DNA of 24,167 nucleotides from Octopus sinensis. Lineage: Eukaryota. Location of the stretch: positions 1-24,167 of the forward strand of contig NW_021836264.1 of assembly GCF_006345805.1 (NCBI RefSeq), in the 5' to 3' direction. The notes beneath the pieces are model-generated. The model was not told the origin of the DNA. It made no database searches and was given only the letters and a program-made list of their open reading frames with translations. Positions 10,924-20,890 of the stretch are shown here, piece by piece (the stretch's first letter is position 1; every line of letters begins with the position of its first letter). Made by a program: the position numbers and the translations under genes.

Positions 10924-11950
10924 TATCTACATAAATGATATTACTGACACCATCAAACACAGCAACATCAGAACCTTCACTGATGATTCCAAGCTCCAGA
11001 AGGTCATCAATGGCGTGGATGACCGAATAAACCTTCAGTCAGACCTACTGGCTGTTGTCCAATGGGCGGAAAAGAATAACATGTTGCTAAATGAAGACAA
11101 ATTCGAACTGATCCACTTTGGAAGGGAGGACGCTCTGAAACTCCCATAACTCTCTTCCTTCTGGAGAAATTCTCATGGCATCCAACACATCAGAGACCTG
11201 GGAGTAACAGTGGACAACAACATAAGCTGGGCTACACATATAAGCAGCAAAGTTGACATGGCCCGCAGAATGTGTTCCTGGATTCTCAGAACCTTCCAGT
11301 CGAGAGATTCCCACGCTATTATCCTTCTCTTCTCCACTTTTGCCCGACCCCACCTTGAATACTGCTGTCCACTGTGGTCTCCCTACACAAAACAAAATAT
11401 TATGAGAATTGAAGCTCCCCAAAGGTCATCACAAAAAAGATAGATGACATGTCAGACCTTGACTACTGGGGTAGACTAGAGAAGCTGAAATTGTATTCAC
11501 TCCAACGACGCCGTGAACGCTACATTATCTGTATGATGTGGAAAATATTCCATCAGCACTGTCCGAATGATGTTGGCATCACCTTTAAAATGCATCCAAG
11601 GCTGGGACCACGTGCCATCCGTCCACAACAAAAATCTAAATCGCATCACATAACGACAATACGGCACAACTATTTCACCTCAATTGGACCCGCTCTCTTC
11701 AACATTACACCAGGACACATCAAAAAAGAAACTGACCACACAAAATTCAAGAAGTCTTTGGACAAATTCCTTCAAACAGTACCGGACAAACCACCCACAC
11801 CCGGATATGTCTCCGCAAACAATAACTCTCTGCTCAAATGGGCCTTGGTGCCCAAATCCTGAACTGAAAGACTTCGCCAGGTGGTGCTATTAAGTTAGAC
11901 ATGGCCTGGACCAATACTGGCCAAAAACCTTTCTAAGTTATTCTAAGTTA
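10924..11950 (+). mobile_element. 5'-truncated CR1-group LINE (RT motifs to 3' end), frameshifted
   Basis: IYINDI..RTFTDDSKL (YADD-type motif), RDLGV.VD, RPHLEYCCPLWSP, IEAPQR, LYSLQRRRER, LFN.TP, FKKSLDKFL; stop at 11860-11862; 3' UTR ends in (TTCTAAGTTA)x2. Confidence 0.92.
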
Positions 11951-12176
11951 TATGTGTATATATATGTATAGATGTATATATATATATATGTATATATATA
12001 TGTATATATATATGTATATATATATATGCATATATATATATGCATATATATATATATGTATATATATATATGTATATATATATGCATATATATATATATA
12101 TATATATATGCATATATATATATATATGTATATATATATATGTATATATATATGCATATATATATATATAATATAT

Positions 12177-12219
<43 letters not shown>

Positions 12220-12275
12220 GTATATATATGCATATATACACACATATATATATATATACACACATATATACACAC

Positions 12276-12306
<31 letters not shown>

Positions 12307-12319
12307 CATATATATATCC

Positions 12320-12351
<32 letters not shown>

Positions 12352-12488
12352 ATCTATACACATATATTTACATATACATATATGTATATACATATATATA
12401 CACACACATATATATACACACATGTATATATACATACGTAAATGCATATATATATATGTATATACATATATAGATATATATATACATA
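11951..12488. repeat. Degenerate (TA)n array
   Basis: Direct inspection. Confidence 0.95.
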
Positions 12489-13328
12489 CATCCAAAACTG
12501 AATATTAAACTTACAGGATACACCTGTCCACAGGGAATTTCAATCCCAGAGCCTAAGTCTGTGAGGGATCTGGGTATCGACATGAGTGATGATACCTCTT
12601 TCCAAGTGGAAATTACCTGGATGGCGACAAAGTGCAGACGACTGGCTGGGTGGATCCTAAGAACATTCAGAACCAGAGATAAGGAAACCATGATGGTCCT
12701 CTGGCGGACATTCGTCCTCAGCCGCCTGGATTACTGCTCACAGCTAGGGTCACCCACCAGTGTAAAATTAACAGCGGACCTTGAAGCTATCCAGAGAAGA
12801 TTCACAAAGAAGATCGTCTCTTTGCAACAGCTCAGCTACTGGGAAAGGTTGAAACAGCTAAGGCTCTACTCCCTGGAGAGAAGACGGGTGAGGTATGCAG
12901 TAATATATGTCTGGAAGATCCTGGAAGGAATTGTGCCAAATTTTGGCATTGTAAGCTACACCAATGCTAGAACGGGACAACACTGCATAGTGCCAAAGAT
13001 CCCAGCAATGCCATCACACTTCAGGACCAGCTTCTGCAACAGCCTGGGTTTCAAGGGCCCACAGCTTTTTAATATTCTCCCAAAGAGTCTGAGGAACTTG
13101 CACAAAGTAAATGTAGCGGTTTTTAAATCAAAGCTGGACATCTTCCTGTCGAGAGTCCCAGATAAACCTACCTCACGGCAAGAGGTGCAAATGAGAGTAA
13201 CTATACCAAACTCCATTCTTCACCAAGTGCCACATATTAGACGAGGTTCTTCGCAATAACAGTGTAGCACAAAACGGCGGTGCATCAGCATGGCCGCAGC
13301 TCTGAGCTGAAACTAGAATTTAAAAAAA
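12489..13328 (+). mobile_element. 5'-truncated CR1-group LINE (second family), ORF2 C-terminal part uninterrupted over 12489-13259
   Basis: Open frame [67 protein letters not shown]; short 3' UTR with CATGGCC-hairpin-AAAC followed by an A-rich tail. Confidence 0.93.
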
Positions 13329-13363
13329 ATACATATATACACACACATATATATAGATATATA

Positions 13364-13397
<34 letters not shown>

Positions 13398-13533
13398 CAG
13401 ATGTATATACATATATAGCATTTATATATACATATACATTTATATACATATATATATAGATATGTATAGAGAGAGAGACATGTATGTACACTATATATAC
13501 ATATATTCATATATATATATATATATATATATA
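13329..13533. repeat. (TA)n/(TC)n/(AG)n tract
   Basis: Direct inspection. Confidence 0.9.
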
Positions 13534-13731
13534 TCCCCTTCGTACACGACTGACTATAGGATTTCCTCTAGAGAGTTCCCCACCGCGGCACATGTCCAGG
13601 CAAGTTTGGTTATTGAAGTCCAGCAGTCACCCACGCATATTAGCTTCTCCGCTCCATACCACCGATGTTACCCAAGGGAAAGGCAAAGGCCGATGCAACT
13701 TGGCACCAATGATGTTGCAACTCATTTCTAC
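13534..13731 (-). mobile_element. Probable 3' fragment of a SINE related to family A, inserted in (TA)n
   Basis: Non-repetitive 198-bp block with sharp TA borders. Its right end CAACTCATTTCTAC resembles the family-A core CTACTCATTTTTGC (about 482-495); head absent. Confidence 0.45.
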
Positions 13732-13810
13732 ATATATATATATATATATATATTTATTTATATGTGCATATGTGTGTATATATACATATATATGTATAAA
13801 TTTACATAAG

Positions 13811-14072
13811 CTGAAAGAAGCCCGTCACGTGCGTGTGTTTGTGTGTGTGTGTATGTTTGTGTCTATATGTCTGTGTGTCCCTTTTTCCCCACCGCTTCAC
13901 AATTGCTGTTGGGTTTTTTTTTTGTCCCCGTAACGTAGAGGTTCTGGAAAACGACCGAAAGAATTAAATATGAGGCTTAAATAAGAAACGTACTGAGATT
14001 AATTTGGCGGCCTGAACCCAACATGGCGATGCCCCAGTATGGTCGCTGTGCAAATACTAAAACAAATGTAAA
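13811..14072 (+). mobile_element. SINE family C, 3' half (old, diverged)
   Basis: CTGAAAGAAGCCCGTC, internal (TG)n, GTCCCCGTAAC..GGTTC..GACCGA.AGAAT..GGCGATGCCCCAGTATGGTCGC..AAACAA align with the reverse complement of 23735-23930. Confidence 0.7.
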
Positions 14073-14100
14073 ATATAAGTAGATGTGTGATGACCCTTCA

Positions 14101-14385
14101 CCTGGCTTAGTGTTTAGGGCATTCGGCTCAAGATCGTAAGCTCGTGAGTTCAATGCCCGGCGATGCGCTGTATCCTTGAGCGAGACGTTTTTTCTTCATA
14201 TGGTACCTGTGTTTCAAAGGGCCTAGCCTTGTCACATTCTGTGTTACGCTGATTTTCCCAGTGAACTACGTTAAGGGTACGCGAGTCTGTGGAGTGCTCA
14301 GCCACTTGCATGTTAACTTCATGTGCAAGCTGTTCCGTTGATTGGATCAACTGGAAACCTCGTCGTCGTAACGGACGGAGTACCA
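14101..14385 (+). mobile_element. tRNA-derived SINE, family A
   Basis: A box TGGCTTAGTGT (14103), B box GAGTTCAATGCC (14146-14157); body homologous to 301-614. Confidence 0.85.
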
Positions 14386-14580
14386 GTTATGTGTGTGTAT
14401 GAACTTTTGACGATCTTGTCTCAAGCCCAACGCTTTCCGTAGATCATATTCTGTTACACTGTGTATTCTAAGAAGCGGCCTAAGAATCATTACAATCCTA
14501 TGATAACAACAATAATTGCTGTTACTACTACTAAAACTGATAACGTCCCAAACAACCATTCTTACATTTCGGATAATATT

Positions 14581-14712
14581 GATTTCTGAGAAGGCCAGAA
14601 ATTTGGGGAGAATCGATTATATCGATCCCAAAACTTGTCTGATAGTTAATTTTTAGCGACCTCGTTCGGATGAAAGGAAAATTTGATCCCAGAGAGATTT
14701 GACCTCAGAACG
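14581..14712 (-). mobile_element. SINE family B fragment (diverged, tail type 1)
   Basis: Plus strand GGCCAGAAATTTGGGG..ATCGATTATATCGATCCCA..GGATGAAAGG..ATTTGACCTCAGAAC matches family B. Confidence 0.65.
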
Positions 14713-15039
14713 CAAATATCTAGAACAGATAACGTACAGCATTTTATCTGAGGCCCTAACGATTCTTCAATGCACTTCTCACCTTCTCTCTCTCGCTCTC
14801 TCACACACACACATACACACAAACTCTAGTACGTGTGTTGCTTTTAACCATTGCAGTTCAAGTAGAGGAGAAGCTCACCAAGATATAAAGAGATAACATG
14901 GAGGTATGAGTAAATAGTAACTAACTTCGTAAAGGAGTTGGATGCCTTCGACGTTTGTCAACTTCAAATTTCGAGCGGTTACCTCCATCGCAATAATTAA
15001 ATCCCTTTCTAGGTTTGGATGGTTGCAATAAAAACATGA

Positions 15040-15178
15040 AGTTTAATTTGAGGTGAAGGTTGACTTTGCATTTTATCATGCGGGGTCAATAAAATAAGTT
15101 CCAGTTGAATGTTGTGGTCAGTGTAATCGACTTATCCACTCCCCCGATATTGCTGGCACTATGCCGAAATTTGAAATC
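15040..15178 (+). mobile_element. SINE family B fragment (diverged, tail type 1)
   Basis: GTTGACTTTGC..CGGGGTCAATAAAATAAGTTCCAGTTG..GTAATCGACTTA..TTGCTGGCACTATGCCGAAATTTGAAATC. Confidence 0.7.
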
Positions 15179-15228
15179 ACTATCTATCTATCTATCTATA
15201 CATGTATATATGAATGCATGCGTGCGTG

Positions 15229-15267
<39 letters not shown>

Positions 15268-15449
15268 ATGTATGTATGTATGTATGTATGTATGTATGTA
15301 TGTATGTATACGTATGTAAATATGAAAATCTAGCATGATATTTAGAAGTGGAACAAATGCTGAAGGAAAATATGGATACATTATAAACGCCGACGGACAG
15401 ATACAGAGTCAGACATATTGACAGAGACAGACAGACACAGATGGATTGT

Positions 15450-15531
<82 letters not shown>

Positions 15532-15563
15532 TGCAGATAGATTGTTAGATAGATAGATAGATA
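15179..15563. repeat. (CTAT)/(TG)n/(TATG)n then (GACA)n-(GATA)n microsatellites
   Basis: Direct inspection. Confidence 0.9.
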
Positions 15564-16578
15564 TGTTTCTTTATTAGCCACACAGGGCTGCACACAGATA
15601 GAACAAATTACAAGGTAGAGCTTTTCTTTTGAAGGTTTTAAAAAAAAAAAAAAAAGGAAGGGGAGTTTCGATCAAAAGGATCGTAAAAGGAGAGAAAGAG
15701 GACAAAAAAAGGGGGGTTAAAAAAAAAAAAAAAAAGGGGGAGAGGAAAAAAAATTGATCAATAGGGATCGTTATCACAGAAATGTCAATATGAAGTGTAA
15801 AGGGGAGGACAGGTGAGGTTTACCCGTGGAAAGAAAAGCCTACGGAAAAGACCACGGTAACCTCGGTCAATGAAGTCACATTTTATATTTCTTTTTTTTT
15901 TTTTTTTTTTTTTGCAAATAAGCAACTCTCTGTTTTCGATTTCTGGGTTCATAGGACTATGCTCAAGGTGGCTTCGTCATTCATACGTGCCATTCTTGCT
16001 ACATTCCCCATCTTTTTTTAAAACATTCGCTAGACAAAACTTGCCTCTCTACTCTCACTTTCCTTTTCAAGTGGTACTTGAAGAGTTGATGAGAGATTGA
16101 CCAGAGAGGAAAGTGTCTCCAATCCTTTCAGACGCGTCCACCAGATACATTCTTTCGCCATAGCCACAAGGATGAATGAAAATAGCTCTTCCTTCCCGTT
16201 TGAAGGAAGAAGGCGTGACAATATTACGATAGACTCAGCTGATAAACCGACTCGTCCCACACGTGACAGCAGTTGTTCGACATAAGCCCACAGGTCGGAA
16301 ATTGTTGGACACTGAACGAGTGCGTGCAGAACGGTTTCGTCGCTCTGACCGCATCTCGGGCAGGTCGGCCCCGTGTTTCTCGAGCCGTGTCTGTAGAGCT
16401 TATCCCGAACGGGTAGCGCTTCTCGGTAGCACTGCCAGGCCAGGGATCTCTGGAAGTTGTCCATGGGCCCTGGCCCGAAAGTCGTCCCGAACAGGCGGGT
16501 CAGGTACTCCTCGTCGACGTCCAGGTTCGCCCCGAGCTCGTCGTCGTACCTCCCCTCCACTAAACCCCTATAGAATGC
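15564..16578 (-). mobile_element. 5'-truncated Tx1/L1-clade non-LTR retrotransposon inserted in (GATA)n
   Basis: ORF2 C-terminal CCHC knuckle, T-rich 3' UTR ending GTGTGGCTAATAAAGAAAC and running straight into (TATC)n with no poly(A); CpG-rich relative to the flanks. Confidence 0.85.
15949..16578 (-). pseudogene. Tx1/L1 ORF2 C-terminus with zf-RVT-like zinc knuckle
   Basis: AFYRGLVEGRYDDELG..LAWQCYREALPVRDKLYRHGSRNTGPTCPRCGQSDETVLHALVQCP..LWAYVEQLL (C-x2-C..ET..H..C). After frameshifts: KYHLKRKVRVERQVLSSECFKKRW..RMNDEATLSIVL* (stop 15949-15951). Confidence 0.85.
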
Positions 16579-16819
16579 GGGGAGTACGACGACGAGCTCG
16601 GGGCGAACCTGGACGTCGACGAGGAGTACCTGACCCGCCTGTTCGGGACGACTTTCGGGCCAGGCCCATGGACAACTTCAGAGATCCCTGGCCCTGGAGT
16701 GCTACCGAGAAGCTCTACCTTCGGGATAAGCTCTACAGACACTTGCTCGAGAAACACGGGGCCGACCTGCCCGAGATGCGGTCAGGAGCGACGAAACCGT
16801 TCTGCACGCACTCGTTCAG
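16312..16819. repeat. Long inverted duplication (about 240-bp arms, 23-nt loop) of the Tx1 zinc-knuckle segment
   Basis: 16312-16555 is the reverse complement of 16579-16819 with about 8 small differences, mostly 1-nt indels in runs. Confidence 0.95.
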
Positions 16820-16850
16820 ATAGATATATAGATATTTAGATAAGATTGGT

Positions 16851-16892
<42 letters not shown>

Positions 16893-16906
16893 TGTAGATA
16901 GATTGT

Positions 16907-16947
<41 letters not shown>

Positions 16948-17066
16948 GATAGAAGATAGATAGATAGATAGATAGATAGATATGTAGATAGATTGTTAGA
17001 TAGATAGATAGATATATATGTAGATAGATAGATAGATCGATAGATAGATAGATATGTAGATAGATA
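16820..17066. repeat. (GATA)n array with higher-order variant units
   Basis: Direct inspection; ATATGTAGATAGATTGTTAGATAG marker at about 16890 and 16980. Confidence 0.95.
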
Positions 17067-17235
17067 TGTTGTCTTTATTAGCCACACAGGGCTGCACACA
17101 GATAGAACAAATTACAAGGTAGAAGCTTTCTTTTGAAGGTTTAATAGAAACGAAAAAAAAAAAAAGGAAGGGGGAGTTTCGATCAAAAGGGATCGTAAAG
17201 GAGAGAAAGAGGACAAAAAAAAAGGGGGGTTAAAA
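17067..17235 (-). mobile_element. Second, severely 5'-truncated (about 170 bp) copy of the same Tx1 3' UTR, also in (GATA)n
   Basis: Near-identical to 15564-15725 (TTTATTAGCCACACAGGGCTGCACACAGATAGAACAAATTACAAGGTAG..GGGGGGTTAAAA), same orientation, same ..GATATGTT junction. Confidence 0.9.
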
Positions 17236-17407
17236 TAGATAGATAGATAGATAGATAGATATGTAGATAGATTGTTAGATAGATAGATAGATAGATATGT
17301 AGATAGATAGATAGATAGATAGATAGACAGATAGATAGATAGATAGATAGATAGATATGTAGATAGATTGTTAGATAGATATATAGATAGATATGTAGAT
17401 AGATTGT

Positions 17408-17477
<70 letters not shown>

Positions 17478-17515
17478 TGTAGATAGATTGTTAGATAGAT
17501 AGATAGATAGATATG

Positions 17516-17555
<40 letters not shown>

Positions 17556-17556
17556 C

Positions 17557-17589
<33 letters not shown>

Positions 17590-17590
17590 T

Positions 17591-17658
<68 letters not shown>

Positions 17659-17660
17659 TG
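17236..17660. repeat. (GATA)n array (about 425 bp)
   Basis: Direct inspection. Confidence 0.97.
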
Positions 17661-18552
17661 ATATGATAGGGTAGAGAAATATTCATAGAAAGCGAGAATG
17701 AAGCAAAAAGGAAGTGAGTGCGGTATGATGGAGGAAGATATGGTTAGCGAGAAAAGAGAGCTTTAGAGAGAGAATTTCAGAGTGATTGAGAGACAGAGAT
17801 AAAGAGGGAAGAGAAATGTTGAAAAATGGAGAAAGAGAACGGAGAGAAAGTGGGAGAGGGAGAAAACGGGTGAGAGTAACAGGAGATATTTTAAAGATAA
17901 AGTGTATGAGTGTACATCAGTAAATTTATGTCTAGAGATATCTTTGGATAGTCTCAGTTCTTCAATATGGTATAATTCTTCATGTTGAACCGAAAACCAA
18001 AGTTTATCGCCGTTTCGTTTCTTTGCATCATTTTCTTTCTTTCTTTCGATTTTGCTTTACAATTCGGTTATCAGAGTAAAATAGGAAAAGATTAGGAAAG
18101 CAATTATATTGAATGGAAAATTGGTAAATATTGCGAATCTGCATGCGCGACAATGTTTTAGAACTTGTTAACGAAGACCGGTTTTGTCTTTTTTGTTTCT
18201 CTGTACTTTTGGTATGAGATACAAAAAAAGAAAAAATTCTTTGTTCATTCACAAAGTTTAGTTCAAATATGAAGAAAATTCTAATAGCAGCACTCGACTT
18301 CCCCTTTATATTAATGGAAGCCCTGAAATCCATCTTCACTGAAAGTATTTGCTGATAAAGAAAACGATACATCCCTGCACTCTGTCTTTCTCTCTTGTTT
18401 CCTAAGAGGAACCAAACGTAAATGAAAGCCGAGAGAGAAAATAAACAAAATCGAAATATCGGAAAGCAAATATAAGACGTTGTTGACTTTTGATAAATAT
18501 TTCCTGAAGGCAAATCTTGCTTCTACTTGGTCTTTTGTCTCTCTTTCATTTA

Positions 18553-18689
18553 TTCTTTCTTCTTCTTCTTCTTCTTCTTCTCTTCTTCTTCTTCTCCTTC
18601 CTCTTCTTCCTCTTCTCCTTCTTCTTCTTCTTCTTCTTCTTCTTCTTCTTCTTCTTCTTCTTCTCCCCCCTCTTCTTCCTCCTCCCTTT
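18553..18689. repeat. (TTC)n/(TCC)n polypyrimidine tract
   Basis: Direct inspection. Confidence 0.95.
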
Positions 18690-18749
18690 TAAAAACATTT
18701 TTCTCGTTTTATGATGTTATGCTTAATCAGCACTAACAGTGAAACCGTG

Positions 18750-18753
18750 TGTA

Positions 18754-18800
<47 letters not shown>

Positions 18801-18960
18801 TTAAATACACGTACACATATATAGAGACCTAGACATATATTATACGTATATATGTATACGCACATATACAGACACAAACACACACATACACATATATATA
18901 CACACACAAACATATACATGCATATATATGTATATATGCACATATATACGGTTATATACA
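18750..18960. repeat. (TA)n/(CA)n tract
   Basis: Direct inspection. Confidence 0.9.
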
Positions 18961-19311
18961 TACGTTGGAAGATTGATAGATATACAGATAGATTTATTTA
19001 AATATTATGAAACGGTGAGAGACTATTTTTTCTAAGGACGTCTGGCACCCTCGGAAGTAGTGACCTTACCCTGAGGTGTCGAAATAACGCTGATATCCTA
19101 TTGGCAGCTGGTGAGAGAAATTTCTCCAATTATTGCTTTCATATTAATTGTAGGAACATTCTTGCCATTGTTTAATAAATATACAGCTATAGCTCCAATT
19201 ACCTATTGAATCGTTATACATTCCACCTGGTGAAATCGCTGGTAACTATGTAAAATCAGTTTTATTGGCTGACATATTTCGCTTGTCTCTGTCCCTTTGA
19301 GTGATGATATG

Positions 19312-19765
19312 TGTGGTGGTGGTTGGTGGTGGTGGTGGTGGTGATGGTGGTGGTGATGGTGATGTCAGTATGTGATGTTGAGAATGATATGTGGTCACTG
19401 ACGATGTTTTGGCAGGGATTGAAACTGGATGAGGAAGTCGGACTGGCATAAGTGTTTGAAGACGTCAGTCGTACGTATGATGAGGATGATGATGATGATG
19501 GTGATGATGATGATGACTAGTGGTGTTTGTGGTGGTGGTGTTGGTATCGATGATGGCAATCTGGACGCCGATGAAAGCAGTACTGATGATGATGATGATG
19601 ATGATGATGATAATTATGATGATGACGGTAAAGATAAACACGATGATGATAATACTGATGACAAAGATGACGACAGACGCAACGACGACGACGACAGAGA
19701 TGAGAACGACGACAGAGTTGTTCATGGCAACAATAAATGCAATGACGTCGTCGACGTAGACGATG
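19312..19765. repeat. (GGT)n/(GAT)n/(GAC)n trinucleotide mosaic
   Basis: Direct inspection; explains the D-rich and H-rich ORFs. Confidence 0.85.
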
Positions 19766-20049
19766 GCGATAGAGACATGTTTGAAAAAATCTAATATGGA
19801 CAGAAGGTGATGAAGACAGCGATTAAAGAATTAGCAACGCTGCAGATGTGATAATGGCTGCGTGCGTCTGTGTATGCGTGTGTGTGTGTGTGTGTGTGTG
19901 TGTTAACGTGTTGAATATTTTTAATAAATGGAATGGAAAAACAGAAAATGTAAACAAAAAGAATTTGACAAGAAAATTAGTGAAATTAATTTCTTATCTT
20001 TTCATAACTGGCTCATATTGACATAGAATACAGATGTGTAAATAACAAG

Positions 20050-20232
20050 CACCACCGCCACCACCTACCACCGCCACCACCCACCACCGCCACCACAACC
20101 TATTAGCAACAACCGAGAGAAAACAATAACAACAACTACGGCGACACAACTAAGTAATAAACAATTTATGGAAACAACATTACATCTAACAGCAACAACA
20201 ATACGAACAACATCACCACCGCCGCCGCCGCC
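20050..20232. repeat. (CAC)n/(CAA)n/(CCG)n trinucleotide mosaic
   Basis: Direct inspection. Confidence 0.8.
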
Positions 20233-20847
20233 GCCATTGCTGACAAAAGCACAACGAAATTACCACAACCTGAACGAACAAAGACATGTCGCCTATCCAT
20301 CAACACGAACCGCCATGCAGCTGGCATCAGCTGCTTTTCACAACGGCCTTACCTTGTAACAAGGAGGCAAGAAGAACTCGAACTTCACGATTATCACCTC
20401 CACAATCCTCATCACTTCAAATGACAACTCTACAGCCTCAGAGAGAAGTTTGAGCTGCTAGAAATAGCAGCCAAATTTACCGCAAATAACCCTATCAGGT
20501 CTTTAAATATTGGATGTAAAACATAGTGGAAAGATGAAACCCTGAAGACGTTTTAGCAGGGATGAGGAGATGGCTGCATGATGAATAGATTTTGATCAGA
20601 GGCCTGACTCCACCAGAAATGACCTGGGGTTATAAAGTCCATCAACAATATTGCCAACAACGACACTATCACCAACGCAACACACATCAACCTTACAACT
20701 ACTACTACTAACAAAACAACAACTACCATCTCCACCACTGACAACGACAACAACAAAACAGGTGACCGTTTGTATTTCAATTTGCTAAACTTTTTAAACA
20801 TTAATAGAAAGTATTAATGAAGAGAAAAGAGGGAGAAAAGAGAGGGG

Positions 20848-20890
<43 letters not shown>

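Noticed and set aside
16263-16823. 186-aa GC-rich plus-strand ORF
   Set aside because: Antisense read of the Tx1 ORF plus the inverted arm; no independent coding signal.
15395-17660. Repeat-spacer-like alternation suggestive of a CRISPR or telomeric array
   Set aside because: Eukaryotic (GATA)n microsatellite with retroelement inserts; no constant repeat/spacer periodicity and no cas genes.
17183-17686. 167-aa LSIY-repeat ORF (also 15381-15593, 16836-17099)
   Set aside because: (TATC)n translation.
18028-18513. 161-aa minus-strand ORF in unique sequence
   Set aside because: No recognisable domain, and composition (F/K/I/N-rich) mirrors AT-rich non-coding DNA. A possible acceptor at about 18357 does not give a coherent exon. 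Not fully excluded without RNA-seq.
19429-19794. Asp-rich 121-aa ORF resembling an acidic biomineralisation or IDP protein
   Set aside because: Built from (GAT)/(GAC) repeats within a trinucleotide mosaic; no signal peptide or splice support.
20350-20625. Minus-strand donor CAAG|GTAAGG with possible upstream exon (DEDCGGDNREVRVLLASLLQ)
   Set aside because: The in-frame acceptor would be a weak GAAG, alternative frames are equally plausible, and no homology is recognised.
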